Source: Mobula hypostoma
Lineage: Eukaryota
Reading direction: 5' to 3'
Assembly: GCF_963921235.1 (NCBI RefSeq)
Contig: NC_086120.1
Coordinates: 8,370,001 to 8,434,000 of the forward strand
DNA length: 64,000 bases
Of this stretch, positions 12,781-27,446 are shown one piece after another (position 1 is the stretch's first letter; every line of letters begins with the position of its first letter). The notes under the pieces were generated by a model. The model was given only the letters and a program-made list of their open reading frames with translations, did no database searches and had not been told where the DNA came from. The translations under genes and the position numbers were made by a program.

Positions 12781-13639
12781 TTATATATGTTATATGTTAT
12801 AATTTTGGGGTTACAGAAAACATGCAGTTGTTTGGGGTTGCTATAGCTAACCACGATGTTCAGTATGGTGCTATTCAGCTGAAGGGCCTTGTTCATTCTG
12901 TAAAACACTATAACTCTGTTATCTATAACAGCCTTGGTTCAAATACGGACCAAAGGGATGAATTCCAATGTTTAGGTGAGAGTGAATGTAGTACAGGTAA
13001 GACTAGAGGTTAGTCTGTACCAGCAAGAAAAGCAAATTAAGAGGTAACCGAATCTAAATTCAGCTCTGCAGGAAAACAAACTACAGCAGCATAGAAATGA
13101 ATATACCACAAGTTAATAAAAGCTTGCAGAATAATATATAGTTACACAAAGAGACAGAAAGGATAAAAAATGCTACAAGTACAAGAAAAACACAATAGAA
13201 ACAACAGTCTGGACACTAACGCAACAATATCCTGGAGCATTTGACGATTTGTGACATCAAGGAATCCTGATGTCAGTGGATATCATTAAAAAAAACAGAT
13301 CAATGATTGTATTCCTACCACACACAAAGTAAAATTCTGTGGTCAATCATCCCAGTCCCAGGATGTCACTGCAGAAGTTCCTCATGCCATGCATTCAACG
13401 CAACCATGTCCAACTGCTTCATCAATGACCTTCCTTTCACTGTAAGATCAAAAGTGGGAAAGGTCATTGATTATTTCAACTCTCAGCAAATAAACAATGT
13501 GTAACTATCACTGGCAAGACTTAAACAACATTGAGATATAGGCTGGTAAATGGCAAGTAATGTTCACTTAGATGTCACTGAAGAATGTTTTGAACAATGA
13601 AACCTTAGAATTTAATACCATCACCAATACAAAAACTCT

Positions 13640-13895
13640 ACTATGGATGAGCCTAAGCTCAGTTGTGAATGGAGGAGGACTGGGCATGGGGCTAGCAACT
13701 TCATCCTGTGAAAAACCAGAGCTACAGGAACACCAAAAGAAGCTCCAAAGATCTCATCCCTGGGAGAGGAATGATCTTTGAAGGTGGATTACACCTGGGG
13801 ACAACTTAAAAGACTGGCACAGGAAAGAGAACTCTGGAGAGCTGCTGTCCCCAGTCTATGCCCCACCGAGGGTGATGTGTTTAAGTAAGTAGGTA
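13640..13895 (+). mobile_element. Short RTE-derived element (5'UTR-like piece joined to a 3' tail)
   Basis: GGGCATGGGGCTAGCAAC..AAAAACC head and GGAGAGCTGCTGTC..CTATGCCCC..TAAGTAAGT tail resemble RTE ends (from recall). Confidence 0.35.
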
Positions 13896-14559
13896 ACCAT
13901 CACACCGCCTTCCTGCTATTTCTAAGTCCTTAGGCTAGAATATAATGGACTTCCCTCTGCTTTTGGAGACAAGTACAGCTCCAGTACAAAAACAAAAGCT
14001 CATCATTATCCAGGACAAAGCAGCCCAGTTGATTGGCACCCACCCACCTTCACGGACTTTCATTCCCTCCACCTCTGGTGTACAATGGTTGCAGTGTGAT
14101 CCATTTACAAAATATCCTGCTGTTACTGCTTCAGGCTACTCCAATGACACCTCCCAATTCTGTGAGATTTACTACCAATATGACAAAGGCAGAATGTGCC
14201 GGAGAGTACCACCATAGCCAGGTTCACTTCAAGTCACACAACAACCTGACAGGTAATAAAATTTTGGGTGTTAGTTAGGTCGAATTCCTAGATATACCCG
14301 TTCTCCAGTACTGTAGGAATACCTTCACCAGGGAAACAAGAGGGCAACTTATCAGCACTTTCTCAAAGGCAGTTGGGTCTATAAAGGCTTGGCAGAGAAG
14401 TGAACATCCATCTAAGTTGCAAGGTTCTCTGGCTTTCTGTATATACAGGAGAAGCTGAGAGGTGAATTGACTGTATTTTTTTTTAATTGTTGCGTATTCT
14501 GACAGGGTCTGAAGGCAGAGAGTGTGTATATTGGACGAGGTTCAATGAATGAAAATGAA

Positions 14560-15155
14560 AATGAATGGCAAATATGACATGACGAAAATCCTCCTGGAAC
14601 AGTAGTGGTGAGAGGCTGGAAGGCAGAGCCATTTCATGCTCCCATTCCATTCCAACATGTCGCTCCATGTCCCCTATTGCCACAATGAGGCTACATTCAG
14701 GTTGAAGAAGCAACATGTCATATCCTATCTATAACTTCCCATAATGTCTGAACCCTCACCTTTACCTATTTTTCCATTCCTGTTTCTGCTTCCCCTATCA
14801 CTTTTTCCCTTCTCCTTCCCTGTTCATCCGCTTCCTCCATTGCCGTCCTACCTTCCCTTTCTTTCAATGTACACTGTTCTCTCCTATCAGGTTCCTTCTC
14901 CTTCAGACCTTCCACCTATCATGTTGCAGCTTCTTATTTTATTCCCCCTCCCCCATTTGCCCACCTTTCACTTGACCTGGTTTCACATATCACCTGCCTG
15001 TTTGTATTTAATCCCACCCTCCGTTTTCTTATTCTGGACTCTGCTAACTTGCTTTCCAATCATGACGAATGGCCTTGGATTGAAACTTGGGCTATTGATT
15101 ACCCCTCCCCACTATACTGTATATACCAACTGATATGGGGCTGCCTCCAGCATTT
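14560..15155 (+). mobile_element. Penelope-like element 3' fragment, old
   Basis: Degenerate version of the SHSHSDMS..LRLEEQHLIF segment and pyrimidine-rich tail seen intact at 49430-49960. Confidence 0.7.
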
Positions 15156-15684
15156 TGTGTGGTTCAAAATAAATCCCTTTACTGGCAGCTGTTTCCCAGA
15201 GAAAAGAGCTGAGATATTCTCCATGCAGCAGAATCCTCTCTGTGAAACATGTTATATGGAGATTTGATACAAAATATAAAGGAAGATTTGTATTATCACT
15301 GCTGTGTGTTTGTTTCCAGTGTTTTATCCATGAATCAAGCTGCTACACTGGATAGTGTTGTGGTGCCTCATTCATTCCACACTAAAATACAGATCAAACA
15401 TTAGACAATATGACTCATTTTCTGGAGCTGCAGAAATGTGGTTTTTCAGAAGAATGAAATTAAATATCATGGAAGCACGGAGTAGCAAATGAGTGTTGTG
15501 AAAAGCAGGAATAAGAAGACAGCTGATATCATCAATCAGGAAATGGCAGCTATAATTTTTGGGACATGTACTGAGGAAAGAGAAGATCAAACATCTTGGA
15601 GTAATGGGAAGAAATGATGGAAGAAAAAGTCAGGGTCGACAGCGGAAGCCAATCATTAGTTATCTCAATACATGGACAGGCAAA

Positions 15685-17045
15685 AGTTTTCAGAATCAGA
15701 ACCAGGTTTAATATCAACAGCATATGTCATGACATTTGTTAACTTAGTGGCAGCTGTACCGTGCAATAAATGATAAACTTAGGAAACAAAATAATTAATA
15801 AATAAATTACAGTCAGTATACATGTGTATATTAAATAGTTAAATTAAAAATAGTGCAAAAACAGGAATAACAGGTTCAAAGTCCATTTAGAATTCCGGAT
15901 AGAAGAGGGGAGAAAGCTATTCCTACATCACTGAGTGTGTGCCTGCCCGTTTCTGTATCTCCCTCCATATTGTAAGAATGAGAAGAGGGCAGGTACTAGA
16001 TGATGGGGCTCCTTAATAATGGATGCTGCCTTTCTGTGCACTGCTCCTTGAAGATGTCTTATATTCTATAGAGGCTGGTACTCATGATGGAACAGACCAA
16101 TTCCACAATGTTCTGTAGCTGGTGTTTCAATCCTGTACAGTAGAATCAACCCCCTTACCAGACAGTGATTTAGCCTGTCAGAATGCTCTCCACAGTACCT
16201 CTGAAGAAGTTTTCAAGTGTTTTAGGTGACAAACTAAATCTTGTCAACCTCATAATGGAATATAACTGCAGTCTGGCCTTCTTTATAGCTGCAGCGATAT
16301 GCAGGGAGCAGGATAGATCATCGGAGATCTACACACCCAGGAACTTGAAATTGCTGACTCCCTCCACTTCTAATCCTCCTATGAGGATTGGTTCGTGTTC
16401 CCTTGCCTTACCCTTCCTCAGGTCCACAATCAGCTCTTTCATCTTCCTGACACTGAAAGCAAGGTTATTGCTGTGCAACACCTCTCAACTAGTTGGTATA
16501 CCTTATTCCTGTATGGCCACTGATCTCCATATGAGATTCTACCAACAATGGCTGTATGTTAAGGAAATTTATAGATGGCATTTGAGTTATGCCTGGCCAC
16601 ACACACAGGAGTTTAGAGAGAGAAGAGCAGTGGGCTAGGCATACATCTCTGAGGAGTGCCAGAATTGTTTGTCAATGAGGAGGAGTATTATCACCAATTC
16701 TGCACAGATTGTGGCATTCCAGTTAAGAAGTCAAGGATCCAATTCTAGAGGGAGGTACAGAATCCCAGGTTCTGTAGCTTTTTGATGAGAACAGTCAGAA
16801 TGTTAGTGCTAACTGCTCAAATGTAGTCAATAAACAGCATTCTGACATTGGTGCTTGTATTCCGCAGGTGATCTGAGGCTGTGTGCAGAGTCATTAAGTC
16901 TGTACCAGCCAAAGACCAATTGTAGTTATAGCCAAATTGCAGTGGCTCCAGGTCCTTGCCGAGGTAGGAGTTTATTTTGGCTATAAACAAGCTATCAAAG
17001 CATTTCAGCAGGTAGATGTTAATGTTCCTGGCAGAGCTCATTAGA
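15685..17045 (-). mobile_element. L2-like LINE RT fragment
   Basis: Minus-strand LDPLQF.Y and VRMLFIDY motifs; tail TTCAGAATCAGAACCAGGTTTAAT at the left end. Confidence 0.7.
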
Positions 17046-19854
17046 ACTTCTCAGATTAAAGACATATGGAACCCCATGATTACCTTCATCATATGACACA
17101 GCACATAATGATGATGGTGACACTACAGTCTTATGGGCGTTGCAATTAGTACTAATGTACTAATGCCATCTGACTATCATATACCAACTTGCTATCAACA
17201 ACCAATAGAAAATTGAGACCTTTATTTTCCGGTCATTGACATACTTTATTATGAGATTGTCAGAATCCTCATATAAAACGTGGACACTTAAAGGCAACTA
17301 AACTGCATTCAATGCAGAAAGGTGATTAGCTGAGGAAAGGATGCAGAGAGTCGGTCCTGCAGCCATCAGTTTACAGTATCAGAAATCAGCTTCACTAAAT
17401 TGGACTAAGTTATGAATGGAAGTGGACGGCTATTCATATAGTGCAAAATAATTGTGCATTATAAGCTCTGCTAAAGTGTGAGGAAAACATTTTAGTAACA
17501 TAATTTGGTAAATAAAGTTTGTTTCACTATTTAAAATAAAAGAGCTCTGGTGCAGTTCAGATCCACAGCCACCTGGGTGAAAAAATAACAAACATCTGCT
17601 ACGACAGGAGGAAGTAAAGTGTTATTTTAAGGAGAGGGACGGTCCAGAGCTGAGTCAAGATGATTATACTTGCTTTTTATACCATACTACCCAAATATCA
17701 TAGTTTCTGTTCTGCCTGATGTTACTTTAAGTATCTATCAGACACTTAACTGTTCAAACAGACATTTTCTCTGATGTTCTTCTATTGTGGCAGGCAGAAG
17801 AAGAATTGTCTCACAAATTGTGCCATGTTAGTTTTCTGAGTCACTTCACCCCACAGAATTTTCAGTGAATACTGAGGAAAGAAAGTGTTAAATAGTCTAA
17901 TGATTTAACTGGGTGACAGTGATTTCAGACCCCACCCACCCACTTACTTTGCCAAAGCTTGCTTTCCTTTCCATTGAAATTCAAGGAATAGAGAAGTAAG
18001 GCAACATGTAGAATGGGACTTCAGTTCAATGTTGTTTTGCAAATTTGTGAATTAGTTTATATTCTACAAACAAATTCCATACTCTTCATTTCTGAATACT
18101 TTCCACTTACCTGAATACTCTCCAGTGACCAGGTGCAATAACCCTCAAGAGGTTTAACATCATATTGAACACAGCAACCCTCTTCATTACAACCATCTGG
18201 AATAAGTCCTCTAAATATTTACACCTTCCATGTCCAGCTCATCATGGCTGCAGTGTTGAATATCTACAAAATGCACTTCATTTACTCGCTCACGTCCACC
18301 GACAGCACCTCCCAAATCACAACCTCAGCCACCTGGAGCAGGGGTTTCAAACCTGGGCTCCGCCGACACTTCCGTTAATAGCAGGTTTTCAAGGCATACT
18401 GTAAAAAAAGGATGGGACAAGTGCAGATGATTCAGAGGAACACCAGCATCTGCAGGCTCCCTTCCAACAGGCAAACCAGCTAGACCTGAAAATTTATCAT
18501 TGATCCTTCACCTACGTTCAGGTACATCCTCTCTGACGTCATTGTGGGAGCAGCTACCCCAGAAGGACAGCAGCAGTGCAAGACCACAATTCACCATCCC
18601 TCTTTGAAAGGATGGGCAATTGATACTGGGCCTGTCAGCCATGTCCAGATCCCAGAAATTCATATTAAGGAAAATTAGAAAACCTACTGAGATTAGTTCT
18701 GAACACTTAATGAATCACTTTTTCATTTTACTGAGTTTATATCATAAAAGTAAGCTATTGGCTGACTCACTTGTACATACTGTATGTATTTTTATATAGA
18801 ACATGGAGAATAACATGACAGCACAGTGCAATCAAAAAAGCAAAAGGAAGTGCAAATAAGATTGCAAATATTTGTTGGAAATAAGAGGATTTTGGAGTGT
18901 TTAAAAGACAATAGGAAGTAATTAAAAACCATAAAAAGTTCAAAATTCAAAGTTAAAAATACTTTTGTTATTGAAGTATGTATACATAATCCAACCTTGA
19001 TATTGGTCTCTTTACAAGCAGCCACAAAGAAAGAAACCCAAAAGAACCCATTGAAACAAAATCCAACAAACACTCAATGGCAGAGAGAGAAAAATAATAA
19101 TTTGTGCATACAATTAAAGCAGGCAAACAGCATTCAGAAAAAAAGTGAATCCACAGACACAAAGCCCACAGCCTCAGACTCAGTTCATCACACACCAGAG
19201 CAAAACATTGTGGAGCCCACAGACATGAAGGCTCAGGCAGCTGCAGCAGGCCCACATCCTCAGACTCAGTGCAACAAAGAGTGGGGGAAACATTGCAGAG
19301 CAGCAATCAGAACAGGCACAACCCATACCCCCACCCAGAGGTTACATCATCCAAACATCAGATCCTACCTCGCTCAAGGACCCAAACCCTGTTGCATCGT
19401 TACACTCTGGGCCTGAATCCCACTGCCACATTCCAGCACATACTCAAACTTTCCAAATCAGACCAGCACTGAGATCGATCAAACCTCACTCTCAATTTGA
19501 GTGGAAAGGCTTGGAAAGTCCTCCGCCATGACTTTTCTCCACTCCTCTCACTCCAGCTCCATCTCCGACACCGACCACTTTTCCTTGAACGTGCTTCAAA
19601 TCTTAAGTCATCTTAGCCTTCGCTCAGCTCTTTGCTCTTTGCGGAGATCATTTACCATAATTTTCGAGATAATTCTTGCTTTGAGAGCCATCACTGCATT
19701 GTTGCCTGCCTTCAGATGTCCCATCTTAAAATGGAAGTTTTACATTGGAGAGGAAAGATGAAATATGAAGGTAAACTAGCCAATAACATAAATGTGGATA
19801 CAAAAAGAATTTTCAGATATATGAAGAATAAAAATGAGGCAAGAGTGTGTATCC

Positions 19855-22440
19855 ATAAGATATAGAAGCATCATCATGGCTGATCCATTTCCCTCTGAAT
19901 CTCATTCTCCTGCATTCTCCTCATAACCTTTTACGCCCTAACTACTCAATAACCGATCAACCACTGCCTAAAGTTCATCCAGTGACCAGGCCTCCACAGC
20001 CACCTGCAAACGAGAACCACAAATTCAACACCCTCTGGCTAAAGAAATTCAACATAACTTCCGTTCCCTCAGTTCTAATTCTCTTCCCTCTGGTTTAGAC
20101 TCCCCCACCATTATCTACACATCCTATCTTTCTCAGCCTTTCAATGTTCAATAGGTTTCACTGAGATTCCCTCATTCTCTAAATTCCAGCAAGTAAAGGC
20201 ATAGAGCCTTCAAATGATACTCATATTCTAAGCCTTTCAGTGCTGGAATCCTTCCCATGAACATCGTCTCACACTTCTCCAATATCGGCACATGCCTTCT
20301 TAAATAAAGGCCACAAATCTGCATACAATACTCCATGAGTCCTCGCCAATGCCTCATAAGCCCTCAGCATTACATACTTGCCTTTATATATAAGTCCTCT
20401 AGAAATGAATTTTAACATTGCATTTGTCTTCACCACCAACTCAACCTGCAACTTCACCATTATGGAATCCTGCATGATTACACTGAAGTTACTTTGCACC
20501 TTAGATTTCTGAATATTTTTGCCATTTATAGAACGGTCTGTGCTTCTATTCCTTCTATCAAAGTGTGTGCCTATACAGTTCCTGACTTAATGTTCCATCT
20601 GCCATTACTTTGTCTATTCGTCAAATCTGTCTCAGTTCTTCTGCAGCCTCCCTGCTTAATCCACCTGCTCCTCCACCTATCTTTGTATTGTCCCCAAACC
20701 TAGGGAGGAGCCATCAATTCCATCATTCAAATCATTGACCTTCAATGTGAAAAGAAGCAGTCCCAACTCTGACCCCTGCAGAACACCATTCATCCCTGAC
20801 AGCCGATCAGAGTAGTTCCATTTTTTCTTACCCTTTGCCAAGGCTCTATCAATGCAACTATCTTACGATGGACTCTTATCTTGTTGAGTAGCTTCATCTG
20901 TGACATTGTACATAAGGCCTTCTGAAAATCCAAGGACACAACATCCACCAATTCTCCTTTGTCTTTCCTGCATTTTGTTTCTTCGTAAATCATAACAAAT
21001 GCCTCCACAATGTCTTTGGCTAAGTCGTTCAGGACACTGGGGTGTAGTCCAACTGGTGTAGGTCACTTGACTTCTTTCAGACCTTTCAGTTTCAAAAGCA
21101 CTGTCTATCCCTATTAATAATATCTTCACTCACTTCTACCCCTGACACTCATGAATTTCTGGTATACTATTGTGTATTCCACAGTGAAGACTGATGCAAA
21201 ATACTTAATCAGCTGACCTACCATTTCCTTGTCCCCGGCACATTAGTTTTCCAACATAATTTTCCAACAGTCCAATTTCTATTCTTGCCTCTCTTTCAGT
21301 ATTTGCATATCTGGAAAATAATTGTTATCCCCTTCAATATTATTGCTGACATTACCTTCAGATTTCATCTTTTCCCCCTTATGGTTCTTTAAGTTGCCTT
21401 CTGTTGTGTTTTTTTTAAGTTTACCAATCCTCTCTCTTCCCATTATCTTTTACTCTATTATATGGCTTTACTTTAGCTTTTATGTTGGCTTTGACTTTCT
21501 TTATCAGCCACAGTTCTATCATCATGCCTTTAGAATACCTCTTCTTTTTTGAGATGTATCTATTCTGTGCCTTCCTAATTGCTCCCAGAAGCTCCAGTCA
21601 TTGATGCTCTGCGATTATTCCTGCCAATTAACTTGGCTCAGCTCCTCTCTTGTGCCTTTACTGCTCTGTAATACTGAGACATTTGAATTTAACTACTACC
21701 TGTCAAATTGCAAGATGAATTTTGTTGTATTATGATAACTGTTCCTAAGGAGATGGAGGCCTATATATAAGTCCAATCACAGTACTTTTACTCTAGCTGA
21801 TTCTTATCTCTACACATGTATTCTGTCTCCTCAAATTCTATGTCACCCCTTTTTTAAGAATTTGATTATATATTTTGCCAAAAGATCCATGCCACTCCCG
21901 CGGCCTATCTGCCTCTGCTTTCTATATGATGAGTACCCCTGAATGCTAATTTTTCAGCTATAATCTTCTTTCAGCCATGAGTCAGTGATGCCAACAATTT
22001 CCTATCTCTCAGTATCTAATAAGGACACTACAAGATCACATTCCATATAGTGCTTTCATTCCAATGTAACAGCTGCAGTCCTGTATCCATCACCATTTTT
22101 GATTTTGTCCCCTTTTACTATAAAACTGATCCCACTTACTTCAATCTTTCCCTTTTATCTACCTCTCCTTCCTGACAGTCTTATTACTCTGCCACTTCTG
22201 TAAAATAATTTTCTGTTACTTAACCCTATCACTCTGGTTCCCATACCCCTTCCAAATTAGCTTAAACCCACCCAACCTAACAAACCTACCTGGGAGTATA
22301 GTGATCTCCCTCGAGTTCAGTTATATTCCATCCCTAATGTACATTTCATACAGTACATTCCCCAGAAGAGATCCCAGTGTTCCAGAAATCAAAACCCTCC
22401 CCCCTGCAACTAATCCTCTAACTAATGGATCCCCTATCAC
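19855..22440 (-). mobile_element. CR1 LINE, degenerate
   Basis: VDVVSLDFQKA, LCLYLLEFRE and ASGMTVK-type RT/C-terminal motifs on the minus strand; tail at ~19855. Confidence 0.75.
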
Positions 22441-22469
22441 TACCGCAGTCCTCTACTCCCCATTTTGAT

Positions 22470-23790
22470 ATTGGGACCACTTCTTTTGACATTATTTGTC
22501 AATGATTTGGGTGATGCAATTGATGGCTATAAACTCAGGTTTGTGGCCAATTTGAAGATAAGTAGAAAAGTAGGTCATGTTAATGAAGCAAGAGGTCAAA
22601 AAAAAGGACAGACATATTAGGAGAATGGGCAAAGAAGTGGCAGATGGAATATCGTGTAAAGGTGTAGGCAATTTTGTAAATGAGGAGATTATTCAAAAAA
22701 TCAGAGGTGCAAGGGATTTGGGAGTCCTCGTGCAGGATTCTGTAAAGGTTAACCTGCTGGTTGTTTCAGTGATAAGTAAGGTAAAAGTAATAATGGTATT
22801 TATTTTGAGAGGACAAGACTGTAAAAGAAAGAATGTAATGCTGAGTGCTTCTAAGACATTTTTCAGATCACATTTGAGTATTGTGAGCAGTTTTGGGTCA
22901 CTTATCTAGGAAAAGATGAGCTCTCATTAGAGGGGGCCCAGAGGAGGTTCACAGTCGTAGGAGCCATGTATCTACTTATTCTCTGTCTGTATTGTGTTGT
23001 GCATCCTCACTCTGGGTTAAGATACATTGTCATGTGAGCTTGGGTGGCTGTAGAAATAAACAAACAGAAGCAGCTGTTCTCCTGCGCGCAGCAGAGCGAG
23101 GGGGTGAGTAGGGAAAGCATATTTTTTGTTGACTGCTCATCTTTGATTTGATCCCATTACACTCATCTCGCTTGTCTTTGCTTGAGTTTGATATAACTAC
23201 ACTTTTCTCATTCATCTTTGTTTTACATAAATTAAGGAAGAGAAAAATAATATTATTTTTTGTTTCTAATAAAAGATTGAACCTACTTCTTTTGTCTGGG
23301 AGCTCATTTAGTTGGAAGCATGTCATACAGTACGATACTCCTTCATCTAGCATCTCAACAACGTTTAGTTTATTTTCAGTAGTTGTGGCAATGATAATGA
23401 TTCCTGGATTGAAAGGGTTAACATTCAAGAGGTGTTTGATGGCTCTGAGCCTGTACTCAATGGACTTTTGAACAAGGAGTGATGATCTCATTGAAATCTA
23501 TTGAATATTCAAAAGACCAGAGAGAGACAGTGTGCAGAGGATGATTCCTGTAGCAGAGGAGTCTAGAACCAGATGACAAAGACTCAGAATAAAGTGACGT
23601 CGATTTAGAACAGCGATGAAGAGGAGTTTGTTGAGCCAAAATTTAATGAATCTGTGGGATTGATTGCCAGAGTTTGCTGTGGAGGACCAGTCGTTGGGTA
23701 TATTTAAATCAGGAGTTGATAGTTTCTTCATTAGTCAGAGCATAAAAGGTTATAGGGAGAATGCAGGGCCATGCATTAGGGTTCAGACTA
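22470..23790 (+). mobile_element. CR1 RT C-terminal fragment interrupted by a ~440-bp insert
   Basis: Coding reads ..QRRFT up to 22953 and resumes MIPGLKGLTF at ~23397. Confidence 0.7.
22954..23390 (+). mobile_element. Putative small solo LTR inside the CR1
   Basis: Interrupts contiguous CR1 coding; AATAAA at ~23267; ends ..GTGGCA. No clean TG start and no TSD. Confidence 0.4.
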
Positions 23791-26647
23791 TGCTTCTCCA
23801 AATGCTGTCTTAAATGCTCGTAAATGCTGTCTCTGAGAATCTGACTGACTTGCAGAGTAAATGTACCAATATATACTGAAGCGCAGAAATGCAGACAGTA
23901 AAACTGTTTTTATTGGCATCAAGATCAAAATAAATAACTTTAATATTCTGAACTTAACATTATGAATACTCATTGACAACTACAGTTTATAATTTATTCA
24001 ATTTATAGCTTCCCTTTGCAATACAAACACTGAATGGCTTACACAAGCATTGAAGAACATCATTCAGTCAATATTAAACATTGTATTTAATTTCAGTCAT
24101 TTATTGCCCGTTAACCATTTATCCTTTTGGGTGTAATCAAAGAACTTTTGAAATCTGGATAACCATTAGAAGTGCAAATCAAAACATGATCAATATAAGG
24201 ACTAGACTGTTGTGAATCGATTATTCAGAACAAGGAAGAGAACATCTGAAGTGTCCCAAAGTGTATCGCAAAGTATTAATTCAGAACTAATGTAATTTAA
24301 TAAGTATGTATCTCATACCCATAATTTGCAATATAAATTAACCAGAATTGAAAATGTTTAGAAAAGAAAAATCAGGTAATTAATTCTTTCAAAGTTAATT
24401 CAGAAAGTAAACCAAGCAAACAGTTAGAAAGAATAAAAACATGAGTTTAAACTAGAGAAAAGCAAATCCCTGCTTGAGTTGCTTTTTATGACTGGATAGG
24501 CCTAGGATACAGAAAGGGTGTTTCATATAGCTGGGGAGTCTAGGACCAGCAGATCAGTGTCAGAAACCAGGCTGTCCCTTTAGATGTAAATATCTTGTCT
24601 TCGTTCCAGGACATCCCTCTCCTTAAAATAACATTTCATTTCCTGTTGAGGTTACAGATGTTTGTTAATTTCACACCCTGAACTGCACAAAGTTATTTTT
24701 AAATATTTATTTTTAAAATTAGAATATTAGAATTATTTGCTTCTTCTATTTTAACTCAGCTCAATAATGCCCAATTTCTCATGGAGTCCTTTCTCACTGG
24801 AATAGTTTCTGGTCCTTCTTCATTGATAAATTATTCCAAATTGATGATGCTGATTTGTATACTAATTGATTCAGGGACAACTCTCTGCAACCTTGCCCTT
24901 AAAAAAAAAACATTTTCTGTACTAAAATGAGTGCAGTTCATCCTCAATGTCCTTCTTTTATTTTAAATAATAAATAACCTCATGATACATTTTGTCTATG
25001 GATAGAATATGAGCATACTCATATATAACTGTTCACTGACAACAAGTTCAAGTGTGAGAGTCAATGGCATCATTACATCAGTACTATTGATAATGTCATT
25101 CTCGGGACTGTGAATAGCTTAATTTACAGTTGAAACACTGGAAATAAATACTCAGTAATTTTGTATAAGGTATAAATGAAGTTTTCACTGACTTTTTTGC
25201 ATCATGTTTTCATATTACATATTTTGCAGTCAGATAGTCTGTTGTAAATGTTAAGTTTTAGCTATGTCTCTGGTGAAAAAGTGCTTCTGGTGAATAAATT
25301 CTGATGTTTGTCATTCTGGACATTATCTAGATAATACAGCAAATTATCTTTTTTCTCCTCTAAGCATTATGATTGAATCTTTCTAACACCCTTGGTGATG
25401 GATTCTAGAGCCCTATCAACTCACTATGTGAGGAACATTATCTTTCATGTCACTTTTCCTATACCCTGACATTTCATGTCCCCTGGTTCTTGAATCTCCT
25501 CTGATGAGGACAGTTTCTCGGTTTCTACTCTGCTTTTCATTCTGTTATTTTAAATCCTACTGTTAAATTTCCTTGTACCATTCTACGTTTGAAGGAAACC
25601 TACCCAGCCTTGCCTATATATTCAAACAACCAGAGTCTCTCATATTTTAGTTGATTTTTTCTGCCGGGCCTTAATTGTCTGAGCTGCTCTTGAGAAAATC
25701 TGCCTTCTTGAACTTCTGTTGTCCCTCTGTTGAAGGAACTTCCATGGTGGTGTTGCATGGGGAAGTTTATGTATCTGACCCAGTGTCAATCAAGGTCCGT
25801 CAATATATTTCCATGTCAAGGTGATGCATGACTTGTAAGTGAGCCTGCATGTGCTGGTGCTCTTGGGCACATTTTGCCCTTGTTATCTTGGTAGTAGAGC
25901 TCACAGGTGTGGCAGGTGATGCTGGAGTAACTTGGGGAAGTAAGAACAGGACGTTTTGTAAATAGACCACTCTGCTTCCATTGTATGCCATTGGTGAGCG
26001 AATGAATATTCATGGTGACAAATAGAGTGTCAATGAATTGAACTGCTTTGTCCTGGATTGCGTTGAGATTTTGGAAAGTTGTTGGAGCCGTACTCATCTC
26101 CACAATAGGGCAATATTCCTCTTGCTCTTGTCTTAGACCCTAGAAATGGTGATAAAAAAAACTTTGTTAAAGCGGTTGAATCAGTCTGATTTCCTCTTGT
26201 AACAACAATATTCATCTAGCTGATATAGTTGGTTATCATTTGAGTTGATAATTAATGGTGAGTCCCAAGACATTGGATGTAGTTGTTTCAGAGGTTGTGA
26301 TGCTATTGAAAGCCAAGGGTAGGTTGTTATACACACATTTGTTGGACATCATTGCAGTCCATCTCTTCTGTGATGTGAATATAACTTGCTATTTGTCATC
26401 CTAACCAAATTGATGTGTGAACATCTACTGTCTGAGTGAAAGAAAAAACCCTCTCAATTTTTTTTTTCTGAATGACATAAATTTTACCTTATACTTATGT
26501 GCTGTCATTGTAGGCACTCATTTAATTGTAAGAATATTGCTAATATCTATCTTACTGATCATTATGTACATTTGTACATCTTTGTTGGTTAACACATAAG
26601 CCTCTCCTAATCCCATGCAAAAATGTTTTAAGCTACAAATAAAATTA

Positions 26648-27446
26648 CAGTGGATTTCAGTTAAATCAGCAATTGGTTAATTGGGGCAGCCACTTATTAG
26701 GGACTCCTTTCAAAGAACAAAAACCAAATCAGGAAAATAGCCAGGATACCCTTTGTTTATTTGGGACACTATTCCACTTTTAATTTGAAAAGGTCACTGT
26801 ATCAGGCACATGCACGCCTTGTAGCTGTTAGCTACTAGGCTGTGCTGAGAGTGAACAGTTTTTAAATAGTATCACTTGCCTGTGTTTGCATTCAAATGGT
26901 AGTGATTTTTGTCACTGATATTTGGCAAGTAATGAGCAGTAAGGCAATTCACTACAGTTTTCATTACTTGGGTTGGAGATGTTAAATACAGGCAGAGGTG
27001 AAACAATGTCACTATCCAATAAGTTAGCAACTACAAAAAATGTGATGATATCAACATTCACATTGAATATTACAACGAAAATGAAGATTTGGAGGACACC
27101 ATCGTCCAAGCATTGTATGAAGGCTGTCCATAGTCTGCATTAAGTGTCTGCACTGATTTTGCTTTTTCATCGTCAATCAGAAGAACATGGCAGTGTAGAC
27201 CGGATTAATTACTCTATTGATAACCAATAGGAACTAATACACAAATATATAGCACTGTTACAGTTTTGGTAGTGTTCAAATTTGATCTGCTTTCATTCAA
27301 ATACATAATATGTACCTCAGATTAATGGTGTTACTCTTTTTTATACCTTGTTACAATTTCCATGAAACTTCATCTATATGGGGTAGCCATTTAATTGGAC
27401 CAACATGTACTGGTCCTGATGCATCTCAATTATCTGAGCTCCACTG
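26648..27446 (+). mobile_element. Tc1/mariner Tigger-type non-autonomous DNA transposon (~800 bp)
   Basis: TA|CAGTGGATTTCAGTTAA ... AATTATCTGAGCTCCACTG|TA gives imperfect TIRs with a TA TSD. Internal acidic remnant (DDINIHIEYYNENEDLEDTIVQ) resembles a pogo/Tigger C-terminus. Confidence 0.7.

Noticed and set aside
18822-18860. CACAGTG heptamer as a possible orphan RSS (also near 21180 and 27720)
   Set aside because: No nonamer at 12 or 23 bp spacing and no adjacent V or J segment.
23030-23491. 153-aa minus-strand ORF
   Set aside because: It spans a CR1/insert junction antisense and has no motif.
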